Shown: piece by piece, positions 10,346 to 21,792 of the stretch
How positions within the stretch are numbered: the first letter of the stretch is position 1
Layout: each line of letters begins with the position of its first letter
Assembly: GCA_964396965.1 (NCBI GenBank)
Contig: CAYNGD010000001.1
Location: 67,596 to 131,595 of the forward strand
Length of the DNA: 64,000 nucleotides
Direction of reading: 5' to 3'
Source: an uncultured Dehalococcoidales bacterium
Lineage (GTDB): Bacteria; Chloroflexota; Dehalococcoidia; Dehalococcoidales; BS750m-G39
Program-made: the position numbers and the translations under genes
Notes under the pieces: model-generated
What the model saw: the letters and a program-made list of their open reading frames with translations, nothing else
Databases searched by the model: none
Told to the model about the DNA's origin: nothing

Positions 10346-10415
10346 AGAGAGGGGCGAAGCCCCTCTTATAGAAAATTCCCCCTTCCCTAGTAAGGGAAGG
10401 GGGTAAGGGGGATAG
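10346..10415 (+). repeat. REP-like double-hairpin intergenic element, copy 1
   Basis: Hairpin 1 is AGAGGGGC-GAA-GCCCCTCT. Hairpin 2 is CCCCTTCCCT-AGTA-AGGGAAGGGG, followed by GTAAGGGGGATAG. About 80 percent identical to the reverse complement of 22290-22361. Confidence 0.8.
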
Positions 10416-10574
10416 GTTGGCAGGAGTGGGAAAAGAGGTTAGTCTGACTGGTAACTAAAATGTATAAAAAACGTTCCTTTTACGGGGGAAAGAAACTCAT
10501 CCTTACCAGCCCCTCTCCGTCACCGGGGAGGGGATAAGCCGCTTTGACCAAATATTTCTCCCGAGGAGGAACCA

Positions 10575-12104
10575 ATGGCTGAGAAAACAGATAGAGTAAT
10601 CATCTTCGACACCACGCTGCGTGACGGTGAGCAGGCGGCGGGGGGAACATTAAATATCCAGGAGAAGCTGGAGATAGCCAAACAGCTGGAGAGGCTCGGC
10701 GTTGACGTCATCGAGGCCGGCTTCCCCATCAGCTCGCCGGGCGACTTCGAGGCGGTCAGCCTCATCGCCAGAGAGGTTCGCCAGCCGGTAATCTGCGGGC
10801 TGGCCAGAGCCCACCCCGACGACATTGACCGCGCCTGGGAGGCCATTAAAGATGCGGCCCGCCCCCGGATACACGTCTTTTTATCGTCATCGGATATACA
10901 CCTGGTCTACCAGCTCAAGAAAAGCCGGCAGGAAGTCCTGGAGACCTCCGCCGAGATGGTGGCCAGAGCCAAGCAATATACCGATGACATCGAGTTTTCC
11001 CCGATGGACGCCAGCCGCACCGAGCCGGAATATATCCACCAGATAGTGAAGGCGGTGATTGAGGCCGGCGCCACCACGGTGAACATACCCGACACGGTGG
11101 GCTACGCCATCCCCGGCGAGTTCGGTAGCCTCATCTTGGGCATCTTTAAGAACGTGCCCAATATCGGCAAGGCGGTCATCAGCGTCCACTGCCACAACGA
11201 TTTAGGCCTGGCGGTGGCCAACAGCCTGGAGGCGGTAAGGCGGGGGGCCAGGCAGGTGGAGTGCACCGTCAACGGCATCGGGGAGAGGGCGGGCAACGCC
11301 TCCCTCGAGGAAATCGTCATGGCCATCAAGACCCGCCAGGACTTCTTCTCCCTGACCACCGGCGTCAAGACCAGCCAGATATACAAGGCCAGCCGGCTGG
11401 TCAGCGACCTGACCGGCTTCGTCGTCCAGCCCAACAAGGCCATTGTCGGGGCCAACGCCTTCCGCCACGAGTCGGGAATCCACCAGGACGGCGTTATCAA
11501 GATGCCCATAACCTACGAGATAATAGACCCCAAGACGGTGGGCATCCCCTCCTCGAGCCTGGTGCTGGGCAAGCTCAGCGGGCGACACGCCTTCAAGGAG
11601 CGCCTGGCCGAGCTGGGCTACAGCCTGAAGGAGGAGGACTTCAACCGCGCCTTCAGCGCCTTCAAGGAGCTGGCCGATAAGAAGAAGGGGGTGTCCGACA
11701 GGGACATCGAGTCCCTCATCGCCGAGGAGCGGCGCACCGTCTCCGAGGTTTATCACCTCGACCGCGTCCAGGTCTCATCAGGCGACCGGGGCATACCCAC
11801 CGCTGCCGTCAGGCTCATCGGCCCCGATGGCAAGGTGCTGGAGGACGCCGCACTGGGCACCGGCCCGGTTGACGCCGTCTATAAGGCCATTAACAGGATA
11901 GTGAATGTGCCCAACCAGCTTACCGAGTTCACCGTCAAATCGGTAACCGAGGGCATCGATGCCATCGGCGAGGTGTTGATAAGGATAGAGAGCCAGGGCA
12001 TAACCTACACCGGCCGGGGCGCCGATACCGATATCATCGTCGCCAGCGCCAAGGCCTACATGAACGCCCTTAACCGGCTCTTAGCCAGCAAGGGAGGGAG
12101 CTGA
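10575..12104 (+). CDS. leuA: 2-isopropylmalate synthase
   Basis: 509 aa. [28 protein letters not shown], and a C-terminal LeuA regulatory domain. GAGGAGG RBS. Confidence 0.93.
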   Translation: MAEKTDRVIIFDTTLRDGEQAAGGTLNIQEKLEIAKQLERLGVDVIEAGFPISSPGDFEAVSLIAREVRQPVICGLARAHPDDIDRAWEAIKDAARPRIHVFLSSSDIHLVYQLKKSRQEVLETSAEMVARAKQYTDDIEFSPMDASRTEPEYIHQIVKAVIEAGATTVNIPDTVGYAIPGEFGSLILGIFKNVPNIGKAVISVHCHNDLGLAVANSLEAVRRGARQVECTVNGIGERAGNASLEEIVMAIKTRQDFFSLTTGVKTSQIYKASRLVSDLTGFVVQPNKAIVGANAFRHESGIHQDGVIKMPITYEIIDPKTVGIPSSSLVLGKLSGRHAFKERLAELGYSLKEEDFNRAFSAFKELADKKKGVSDRDIESLIAEERRTVSEVYHLDRVQVSSGDRGIPTAAVRLIGPDGKVLEDAALGTGPVDAVYKAINRIVNVPNQLTEFTVKSVTEGIDAIGEVLIRIESQGITYTGRGADTDIIVASAKAYMNALNRLLASKGGS

Positions 12105-12106
12105 CA

Positions 12107-13360
12107 GTGACCTTAGTCGAGAAAATACTGGCCGAGCACAGCAATAACAAAGAGGTCAGCCCTGGCGAGTTCATCAACGTCAGGGTGGACCTGGTCATGG
12201 CCAACGATATCACCGCCCCCATCGCCATAAAGGAGTTCAAGCGGCTGGGGGTGGAGAGGGTCTTTGACCCCAATAAGGTGGCCATGGTGCCCGACCACTT
12301 CGTGCCCAACAAGGACATCGCCTCCGCCGAGCAGGCCAAGATGATGCGGGAGTTTGCCGACGAGCAGGGTATAATCTACTTCGAGGTGGGCGAGATGGGC
12401 ATCGAGCACGTTCTCCTGCCCGAGCGGGGGCTGGTGCTGCCGGGGGAGGTGGTCATCGGGGCCGACTCCCACACCTGCACCTACGGGGCTCTGGGCGCCT
12501 TCGCCACCGGCATGGGCTCGACCGATATCGCCGCCGCCATGGCTACCGGCGACATCTGGATGAAGGTTCCACCCACCATCAGGTTCATCTACCACGGCAA
12601 TCCGGGGGAGTGGGTGGGGGGTAAAGACCTTATCCTCTACACCATCGGCCAGATCGGCGTTGACGGCGCCCTTTATGCAGCCATGGAGTTTACCGGCAAG
12701 GCTATCGAAGCCCTCTCCATGGACGGGCGGTTCACCATGGCCAACATGGCCATCGAGGCCGGGGCCAAGGCCGGCATCTTCGGTGTGGACAACAAGACCC
12801 AGCTTTATGTAAAATCAAGGGCGGACCGCCCCTACCTGGTCTATGAGCCGGACAGTGACGCCAAATACGCCAAAGTCATCGAGTATGACGTCTCCGGCCT
12901 GGAGCCTCAGGTCGCCCTGCCCCACTCCCCGGCCAACATCAGGCCGGTGAGCCAGGTGGGCAACATCGAAATCAACCAGGCGGTCATCGGCAGTTGCACC
13001 AACGGCCGCATTGAGGATTTACGAACTGCCGCCCAGCTATTGAAAGGCAGAAAAGTGCACCCGGGGGTGCGCTGCATCATCATCCCCGGCTCGCAGCAGG
13101 TCTATCTCGACGCCCTGGCCGAGGGGATGCTGGGGGTATTTATCCGGGCCGGGGCGGTGGTCAGCACCCCCACCTGCGGCCCCTGCCTGGGCGGGCATAT
13201 GGGCGTGCTCGCCGACGGTGAAAAGTGCGTCTCCACCACCAACCGCAACTTCGTCGGCAGGATGGGCAGCACTAAATCAAAGGTCTACCTGGCCAACCCG
13301 GCGGTGGCCGCCGCCAGCGCCATAATGGGCAGAATCGCCAGCCCGGAGGAGATTCGATAG
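12107..13360 (+). CDS. leuC: 3-isopropylmalate dehydratase large subunit
   Basis: 417 aa, GTG start 2 nt after the leuA stop. Aconitase-family motifs [34 protein letters not shown]. Confidence 0.95.
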   Translation: MTLVEKILAEHSNNKEVSPGEFINVRVDLVMANDITAPIAIKEFKRLGVERVFDPNKVAMVPDHFVPNKDIASAEQAKMMREFADEQGIIYFEVGEMGIEHVLLPERGLVLPGEVVIGADSHTCTYGALGAFATGMGSTDIAAAMATGDIWMKVPPTIRFIYHGNPGEWVGGKDLILYTIGQIGVDGALYAAMEFTGKAIEALSMDGRFTMANMAIEAGAKAGIFGVDNKTQLYVKSRADRPYLVYEPDSDAKYAKVIEYDVSGLEPQVALPHSPANIRPVSQVGNIEINQAVIGSCTNGRIEDLRTAAQLLKGRKVHPGVRCIIIPGSQQVYLDALAEGMLGVFIRAGAVVSTPTCGPCLGGHMGVLADGEKCVSTTNRNFVGRMGSTKSKVYLANPAVAAASAIMGRIASPEEIR

Positions 13361-13402
13361 GGTGAAGGGGTGTTGAGAAGTCGTTGATGGAGGGGTGATG
13401 CT

Positions 13403-14608
13403 ATGGGATGGCTTATCTTCATTGGCATCATACTTGCCATTTGGTTTATCACTTGGCTTAGTAATAGGTTATCTAACCTGCGGAAGATGGCCAAGAAGTA
13501 TGTTGAGTGGAAACCAAAATTAGACAATTTAGACAACTATAACAGGGAATTGGAATTAAAAGAGTCTCAATTAAAGGAGCAGGAAGTAGCTATTGATACG
13601 CTAGTCAAAGAAAAAACTCAAGGCTTCCCTTGGTTAGTGAAAGTATACGACGACTATTTTTCTTTGCAGGATGGTAAGTTGGCAAATGCGCTCATAATCA
13701 AACCACATCCAGCACTAAGAGCGTCTGAGACTGTGAGACAAATTAGTAAGGAACGCCGTGAAGCTGAGAAGGCGGCGAGGTTAGCTAATTACATCCTAGA
13801 TTACTGTCGTTATCTGGCTCCTTGGTTAGATGAATATATAGGCTTGGAAACTGAGGAGTTAGATGAAATCGTAAAAGAGATACATTCAGCGTGGGAGAAA
13901 AAAGAGAAAGAGTTTGACGAGGAAGTAAGGCGACATTACGGGCCTAAATATGAAGGACTTACGCCAACCGAGAAATTGCAGAAAAAACTAGACTGGTATT
14001 GGGGAAAGCCTAACAAATCCAATTGGCAAATAGGAAGGGATTACGAAAGATATATCGGGTACTTATATGAGATAAAAGGCTGGAATGTTTACTACCATGG
14101 TAAGAAAGGATTTGAAGACTTGGGACGGGACTTGATTTGCAAAAAAGCTAATGCTGTAGAGATAATCCAGTGTAAGCGCTGGGCGCAAGAGAAAATAATC
14201 CATGAAAAGCACATCTATTATTTATTTGGCACTACGGTTGAATATTTTATTGAAAACTTCGGAGGCGAGGATTTACAATTAGCCCTATTTCCTAGCCTTG
14301 TTCGAAAAAGAAATGTAATCCCTAAGTTGGTTACCACGATTGATGTTTCCCCGAAAGCTGAACAAGTAGCGGAAGTGCTTGGGGTGGTAATAGAAAAAGT
14401 ACCATCGGAGCCATATCCCTCGGTAAAATGCAATGTAGCCAGAAGGACAGGTGAGAAAATCTTTCACCTTCCTTTCGACCAGCAATATGATACGATATTG
14501 ATTGAAGAAGAAAGACTAGAGTGTTACGTTGAAACCGTGGCGGAGGGAGAAGCTTTAGGATTTCGGCATGCTTACCGATGGAAGGGTGAGGTTGAAAAGG
14601 GCAATTAA
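13403..14608 (+). CDS. Membrane-anchored coiled-coil protein with an Mrr-type PD-(D/E)xK nuclease-like domain and a C-terminal sunset-like domain. Low-GC insert inside leuCD.
   Basis: 401 aa. N-terminal TM helix GWLIFIGIILAIWFITWL, a Lys/Glu-rich coiled coil, a nuclease-like core GFEDLGRDLICKKANAVEIIQCKRW, and a C-terminal VKCNVARRTGEKIFHLPFDQQYD...AEGEALGFRHAYRW. GC is about 30-40 percent against about 60-67 percent in the flanks (hand counts). Confidence 0.75.
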   Translation: MGWLIFIGIILAIWFITWLSNRLSNLRKMAKKYVEWKPKLDNLDNYNRELELKESQLKEQEVAIDTLVKEKTQGFPWLVKVYDDYFSLQDGKLANALIIKPHPALRASETVRQISKERREAEKAARLANYILDYCRYLAPWLDEYIGLETEELDEIVKEIHSAWEKKEKEFDEEVRRHYGPKYEGLTPTEKLQKKLDWYWGKPNKSNWQIGRDYERYIGYLYEIKGWNVYYHGKKGFEDLGRDLICKKANAVEIIQCKRWAQEKIIHEKHIYYLFGTTVEYFIENFGGEDLQLALFPSLVRKRNVIPKLVTTIDVSPKAEQVAEVLGVVIEKVPSEPYPSVKCNVARRTGEKIFHLPFDQQYDTILIEEERLECYVETVAEGEALGFRHAYRWKGEVEKGN

Positions 14609-14691
14609 ACACGGGTGGGGAAAAGGGCTTTAGCCCTACAATAAGGGCGGCGGGTGGGAAAAGATATAAAATGGGTGGAGGGGTTCTATAA

Positions 14692-15192
14692 ATGCTAAAA
14701 GGCAAAGTGCATAAATACGGGGCAAACGTAGATACCGATGCTATCATACCGGCGCGCTACCTGAATATTTCCGACCCGGCGGAGCTGGCCAAACACTGCA
14801 TGGAGGATATCGACCCGGACTTCGTTAAAAGAGTCAAGCCGGGGGACATAATGATGGCCACCACCAACTTCGGCTGCGGCTCGTCGCGGGAGCACGCCCC
14901 CATAGCTATCAAGGCGGCGGGGATTTCCTGTATAATAGCCAAGAGCTTCGCCCGCATCTTCTTCCGCAACGCCATAAACATCGGCCTGCCCCTGCTGGAG
15001 TGCGACCAGGCGGTGGATGAGACCGGGGCCGGCGATACCCTCGAGGTTGACCTGTCCAATGGAAAGATAAAGAACCTAACCCGCGGCAGCGAGTTCGAGG
15101 CTAAAGCCTACCCCGATTTCATGGCCGAGCTTACCGCCGCCGGCGGTCTGGTTGAGTACACCAAAAAGAGACTAGAAAGCAGGAGAGTCTAG
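14692..15192 (+). CDS. leuD: 3-isopropylmalate dehydratase small subunit
   Basis: 166 aa. [27 protein letters not shown]. Confidence 0.95.
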   Translation: MLKGKVHKYGANVDTDAIIPARYLNISDPAELAKHCMEDIDPDFVKRVKPGDIMMATTNFGCGSSREHAPIAIKAAGISCIIAKSFARIFFRNAINIGLPLLECDQAVDETGAGDTLEVDLSNGKIKNLTRGSEFEAKAYPDFMAELTAAGGLVEYTKKRLESRRV

Positions 15193-16287
15193 ATGCAATT
15201 TGAACTGGCGGTCTTACCCGGAGACGGCGTCGGCCCCGAGGTTACCACCGAGGGCATTAAAGTTTTGGAGGCAGCAGGCAAAAGGTCCGGACACAGCTTT
15301 AAGCTGCACTACGGGCTGGTGGGCGGTGTCGCCATTGACAAGGAGGGTACCGCCCTATCAGAGGAAACCCTGAAGATATGCCAACAGGCCGATGCGGTGC
15401 TGCTGGGGGCGGTGGGCGGCCCCAAGTGGGACGACCCTCTGGCCAAGGTACACCCCGAAGACGGGCTGCTCGCCCTGCGCAAGGGGCTGGGGCTCTTCGC
15501 CAACCTGCGCCCGGTCAGGGTCTCGCCGGTATTGACCGACTCCACCAACCTCAAGCCGGAGGTCATCCGGGGGGTGGACTTCGTCTTTGTCCGTGAGCTT
15601 ACCGGCGGCCTCTACTTCGCCCGCCCCAAACGGCGCTGGCGGACATCGAGGGGGAGGCGGGCTACAGATTCCATGACCTACTCCGAGCAGGAGATTGAGC
15701 GCATCGTCCGGGTGGGTTTTGAGCTGGCCAGGAGCCGACGCCAGAAGCTGACCTCGGTGGACAAGGCCAACGTGCTGGAGGCCTCCCGCCTCTGGCGGCA
15801 GGTGACCATGGAGGTCGCCACCCAGTACCCCGAGGTGGAGCTGGACCATATGCTGGTTGACGCCTGCTCCATGCGGCTCATCCAGAACCCGGGCTATTTC
15901 GACGTGCTGGTCACCGAGAACATGTTCGGCGACATCCTCACCGACGAGGCCTCGATGCTGGCCGGCTCGATGGGGATGCTGCCCTCAGCCAGCCTGGCCG
16001 GGGTGCCCCGGGAGGGGGTCAATATCTTCGGCATGTACGAGCCAATCCACGGCAGCGCCCCCCGCCTCGCCGGGCTGGATATGGCTAACCCCATCGCCAT
16101 TATCTTAAGCGTGGCCATGATGCTGCGCTACTCCTTCGGCCTGGTCGAAGCGGCGCAGGCGGTCGAGAGGGCGGTTGAAGAGGTGCTGAACCAGGGCTAC
16201 CGCACCTATGATATAATGAGCCAAGGCAAGACCAAAGTGGGGACGAGGCAGATGGGTGACTTAATCACCGGGAAGGTGGCAGGCTAG
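15193..16287 (+). CDS. leuB: 3-isopropylmalate dehydrogenase
   Basis: 364 aa. Its start abuts the leuD stop. NMFGDILTDEASMLAGSMGMLPSASL is the isopropylmalate/isocitrate dehydrogenase signature. Confidence 0.95.
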   Translation: MQFELAVLPGDGVGPEVTTEGIKVLEAAGKRSGHSFKLHYGLVGGVAIDKEGTALSEETLKICQQADAVLLGAVGGPKWDDPLAKVHPEDGLLALRKGLGLFANLRPVRVSPVLTDSTNLKPEVIRGVDFVFVRELTGGLYFARPKRRWRTSRGRRATDSMTYSEQEIERIVRVGFELARSRRQKLTSVDKANVLEASRLWRQVTMEVATQYPEVELDHMLVDACSMRLIQNPGYFDVLVTENMFGDILTDEASMLAGSMGMLPSASLAGVPREGVNIFGMYEPIHGSAPRLAGLDMANPIAIILSVAMMLRYSFGLVEAAQAVERAVEEVLNQGYRTYDIMSQGKTKVGTRQMGDLITGKVAG

Positions 16288-16290
16288 AAA

Positions 16291-17874
<1,584 letters not shown>

Positions 17875-17889
<15 letters not shown>

Positions 17890-18780
17890 CCAGGGGGCAA
17901 CGCTGAGGTATTTCCAGCCGGCATCGGCCAGAATGGCCACGATATTGCCCCTACCCATCCCGGCGGCGGTCTCTACCGCCTGACAGACCACCGCCCCGGA
18001 GGACAGGCCGGCGAAAATGCCCTCTTTCTCCAGAAGCTGCCTGGTCGCCGCCTCCGCCTGCTGGCTGGTGACAGAGGTCTTTTCAGTAAGCAGCGAGGGA
18101 TCCCAGAAAGGCGGCAGCTCCTCCCCCAGGCACTTCAAGCCTTGGATGCTATCGCCGATGGGCGGCTCAACGCCGAACACCCTGACATCGGGGTATCTCT
18201 CCCTGAGGCGGCGGGCGACACCCATCAGCGTGCCGCCGGTGCCGATGCCGCAGACTAGAACGTCAATCTTATCGTAGGGGAAATCGTTTAATATCTCGAC
18301 GGCGGTGGTCTCGTAGTGGGCCAGCGGGTTGGCCGGATTGGAGAACTGGTCGGGCATGAAATACTTTTTGTCCTTGGCCATCATCTCCCGTGCGGTGGCA
18401 ATGGCCTTGGGCATGCCGAAAGCCCCGTCGGTCAGGATAAGCTTGGCGCCGAAGATTTTGAGCAGCTGCCGCCTCTCCTGGCTCATGCTATCGGGCATAA
18501 CAATGGTCACCTTATAGCCCTTCTGCCGCCCCAGCCAGGCCAGGGCGATGCCGGTATTGCCACTGGTGGCCTCCAGTATGGTCTTATCCCTGGTCAGCTC
18601 TCCGCTTCGCTCCGCCCGCTCTATCATGTATTTAGCCACCCGGTCCTTCATGCTGGCACTCCCCCCCAGGTTCTGCCCCTCCAGCTTGGCCAGGATTCTC
18701 ACCGTCTTATTGGGGGTCACCTGGCTCAGCTCAACCAGCGGTGTGTGCCCCAGGGCCTCAATAACATTTTTAAAATACAT
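17875..18780 (-). CDS. cysK: Cysteine synthase family PLP enzyme (CysK/CysM-like)
   Basis: 301 aa. GGSASMKDRVAKYMI (PLP lysine), EATSGNTGIALAW, GIGTGGTLMGV. Its 3' end overlaps the cimA 3' end by 15 nt (convergent). Confidence 0.85.
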
Positions 18781-18784
18781 TTCT

Positions 18785-20245
18785 CTATCCTTTAACTACA
18801 CCGATTGGCCTTGACCTCGCTACCTTGAGCGAGATACCGGCCTTATCAGTTATGTCAACCACTTCACTCACGTCTTTATAGGCTTCGGAGGCCTCCTCGG
18901 CCAGCGAAGACAGGCTGCCCGCCCTGACCGTAATTCCCCTCTCGGCCAGCCCCCGGGCGACATCGGCGCCGCGCAGGCTGCGCTTGGCCGCCGCCCGGCT
19001 CTGCACCCGTCCGGCGCCGTGGCAGGTGGAGCCGAAGGTCTCCCTCATCGCCCCCTCGGTGCCCAGGGCAACAAAAGAATAGCGCCCCATATCGCCGGGG
19101 ATGAGCACCGGCTGGCCGATGCCCCGGTAGATTTCGGGGACAGCGGGGTGCCCCGCCGGGAAGGCCCGGGTCGCCCCCTTACGGTGGACGCAGAGCTTCT
19201 CCCTCTTACCGTTCACAGTATATTCCTCAATCTTGGCGATGTTATGGCAGACATCGTAGATCTGCCTCATGCCCAGCTCTTCCTGGCTTTTGCCGAAGAC
19301 CTTGCTGAAAGATTCCCTGGCCCAGTGCAGGATGAACTGCCGGTTGGCCCAGGCGTAGTTGGCGGCACAGGCCATCGCCGCCAGGTAGTCCCGCCCCTCG
19401 GCGGAGTCTATCGGGGCACAGGCGAGCTGGCGGTCGGGCAGGCTGATGCCGTAGCTCTTCACCGCCTCCTCCAGCAGGGCCACGTAGTCGGTGCATACCT
19501 GGTGGCCGAAGCCACGCGAGCCGGTGTGTATCAGCAGCAGCACCTGCCCCAGCGCCTCGATGCCCATCACTTTAGCAGCCTCAGCATTATAGAGCTCGTC
19601 AACCACCCCCACCTCCAGGAAGTGGTTGCCCGAGCCCAGTGTCCCCAGCTGGGGGATGCCCCGCTTCCTGGCCTTAGCGCCGACCCGGTCCGGGTCAGCC
19701 CCCTTCATAGTGCCTGACTCCTCGGTAACGATGCTGTCCTCAGGCAGGCCGTAGCCCTTCTCTATCGCCCAGCGGCTCCCGTTTACCATGACCTCCTCCA
19801 GCTCCTTCTCCCTGACCCTAATCTTGCCCTCCGAGCCCAGACCTGAGGGAATATCAATAAAGAGTTGATTTACCAGCTCTTCGATTTTGGGCCTGACCTC
19901 TTCCTCGGTAAGATTGGTCCGCACCAGCCTGACGCCGCAGTTAATATCGAAGCCGACCCCGCCCGGCGACACCACCCCGTCCCTCAACCTGGTGGCCGCC
20001 ACCCCACCGATAGGGAAGCCGTAGCCCCAGTGGATATCGGGCATGGCCAGCGAGTAGCCGACGATACCCGGGAGAAAGGCCACGTTGGCTACCTGCTCGA
20101 AGGCGTGCTCCTCCCAGATATGCTCCAGCATGGACCGGCTGGCGAAGATGAGGCCGGGCACCGCCATACCGGTCTTATAGCTGACCGGTATCTCCCAGCG
20201 GTAGTCGTCTATCTTCTTTACTATTTCCTTCCAGGGTGATGCCAT
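18785..20245 (-). CDS. rtcB: RNA-splicing ligase RtcB
   Basis: I trimmed the track ORF to the ATG at 20245 (GGGAGG upstream), which removes the overlap with the next gene. RtcB motifs GGVGFDINCGVR, GSGNHFLE, HTGSRGFGHQV, CHGAGR. Confidence 0.93.
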   Translation of the reverse strand: MASPWKEIVKKIDDYRWEIPVSYKTGMAVPGLIFASRSMLEHIWEEHAFEQVANVAFLPGIVGYSLAMPDIHWGYGFPIGGVAATRLRDGVVSPGGVGFDINCGVRLVRTNLTEEEVRPKIEELVNQLFIDIPSGLGSEGKIRVREKELEEVMVNGSRWAIEKGYGLPEDSIVTEESGTMKGADPDRVGAKARKRGIPQLGTLGSGNHFLEVGVVDELYNAEAAKVMGIEALGQVLLLIHTGSRGFGHQVCTDYVALLEEAVKSYGISLPDRQLACAPIDSAEGRDYLAAMACAANYAWANRQFILHWARESFSKVFGKSQEELGMRQIYDVCHNIAKIEEYTVNGKREKLCVHRKGATRAFPAGHPAVPEIYRGIGQPVLIPGDMGRYSFVALGTEGAMRETFGSTCHGAGRVQSRAAAKRSLRGADVARGLAERGITVRAGSLSSLAEEASEAYKDVSEVVDITDKAGISLKVARSRPIGVVKG

Positions 20246-20280
20246 TACCAGCTCAACCTCCCAAATCCTTAAAGCCAATA

Positions 20281-21780
20281 TCAGGGAACGGTGGTAACAA
20301 AAGGCCTTTTGTCCCTCCGGCAGATAATTTGAGCTACATGGCGCCCGGTGATGGCGCCGGTGGGCAGCCCACCACCCGGCTGAATCCACTGCCCCACCAT
20401 ATAGAACGAGTCCAGACCGGGCAGGGTCTTGCTCATACGGAGCATGGCCGTCTTGGGGGTGGGCAGCCACCCCTCAAAGCTCCCCTGCCAGTTGCCGGTA
20501 TATTGCTTAAATGTGACCGGGGTGGCCACATCGGTCATCTCCACCTGAGAGGCCAGGCCGGGAAAGCGCCTGTCCAGCACCCCTATCACCATTTCGGCCA
20601 GCCCTTCCTTCTCGGCCTGATAGGCCTTGATGTCCTTACTCAGTGACTCCCAGTAGGGGTAGTGGGACGGAAACATTACGGTAATGGCCGTCCTTCCTTC
20701 CGGGGCGAGGGTGGGGTCAAAGTTATGGATGCGCACCAGCACCCAGTTTTGCTCCTCGCCGCCCACCGTCACCGGCTTCTCAAGCTGGAGTAACAAGCCG
20801 GTAGCCATCCTGGGAAAATCGGCGAAGGAGCGCTTTACCCCCAGCCCTATAAAAACCAGCGGCTCAAAGATGGGCATTTCCTGGTAGTAGCCGCGGATGG
20901 TATCATTAACATATTTGCCCCCAAGCATCTCGAAGATGGTGGCATGGCCATCCGCCGCCGAAATCACGTAGTCAGCCCGGTGCTCGCTCCCGTCCGCCAG
21001 CTCTATGCCCACGGCGCGGTCATTCTCGACCACTATCCTGCTCACCGGCGACTTATAGTGTACCGTGCCGCCGAGGTAGAGATAGCGCTTTTCAATGGCC
21101 CGGGCAAACATAAGCGAACCGCCGATGGGATAGCCCTGTGTTTTCTTATGAAAGCCAGCCATGGTTATCGGCAATGCCATCGCGCTTATTTCAGGCGGCA
21201 TGAAGTGCCCCCAGGCATCACGCAGCAGCGGGTTCTGGAATCGGCCGGCGAACTCGGCCATGGTCATGCGCCCCCACTTCCTGAACTCGCCAAAGAAGGG
21301 GAGCATCCTGCTCATCATTTTCATCCCGTCCAGAAAATTAGATAGCTCCGGCGCTTTACCCGGAGACATATCAAATTTAGTAAAGTGGCGCATCGTCCGG
21401 GTGGTCTCTTTTATCACCACCGCATCCTCGGGGGCCGCCTCCAGCAGGTGCTGCTCCAGCCGGTCAATATCGGAGTAAATATCAATAACTTTGCCGTCAG
21501 CACTCTCGGCACGATAGAACTGGTCAAGGTTTATTATCTCCTGTCCCGGCAGGGCACCGAGCTCCTGCCAGATGTGATAGAAGCCAGAACCCGGCGCCGA
21601 GCCTACCAGCCAGTGGATGCAGAGGTCTATAGTGTATTGCTGGTGCTGCCAGGAGGTGCAGAGCCCGCCCGGTTTATCGTGCATCTCAAATATCTGGGTA
21701 CTGTAGCCGTTCATCTGGCCGTAGCACCCGGCGGAGAGCCCGGCGATTCCAGCGCCAATGATAGCTATTGACTTCCCCAT
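20281..21780 (-). CDS. FAD-dependent oxidoreductase, phytoene desaturase (CrtI/RetSat-like) family
   Basis: Start set to the ATG at 21780 (GGTGAGG 6 nt upstream). Dinucleotide-binding motif IAIIGAGIAGLSAGCYGQMNGY. Length is about 500 aa. Confidence 0.75.
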   Translation of the reverse strand: MGKSIAIIGAGIAGLSAGCYGQMNGYSTQIFEMHDKPGGLCTSWQHQQYTIDLCIHWLVGSAPGSGFYHIWQELGALPGQEIINLDQFYRAESADGKVIDIYSDIDRLEQHLLEAAPEDAVVIKETTRTMRHFTKFDMSPGKAPELSNFLDGMKMMSRMLPFFGEFRKWGRMTMAEFAGRFQNPLLRDAWGHFMPPEISAMALPITMAGFHKKTQGYPIGGSLMFARAIEKRYLYLGGTVHYKSPVSRIVVENDRAVGIELADGSEHRADYVISAADGHATIFEMLGGKYVNDTIRGYYQEMPIFEPLVFIGLGVKRSFADFPRMATGLLLQLEKPVTVGGEEQNWVLVRIHNFDPTLAPEGRTAITVMFPSHYPYWESLSKDIKAYQAEKEGLAEMVIGVLDRRFPGLASQVEMTDVATPVTFKQYTGNWQGSFEGWLPTPKTAMLRMSKTLPGLDSFYMVGQWIQPGGGLPTGAITGRHVAQIICRRDKRPFVTTVP

Positions 21781-21792
21781 CTTGAACCTCAC

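Noticed and set aside
10421-10574. A possible T-box or second leader-peptide attenuator upstream of leuA, including the imperfect hairpin CCCCTCTCCG-TCAC-CGGGGAGGGG at 10511-10534.
   Set aside because: I found no T-box consensus, no Leu-rich mini-ORF and no U-tract after the hairpin. It cannot be supported from the sequence alone.
20246-20470. A 75-codon N-terminal extension of rtcB in the ORF track. There are similar extensions for 2326-3948, 3869-4669, 33507-36626, 39447-41051, 46968-47981 and 51181-51828.
   Set aside because: In each case an internal ATG has a good SD and the conserved N-terminus or signal peptide begins there. The extensions overlap neighbouring genes or promoters.
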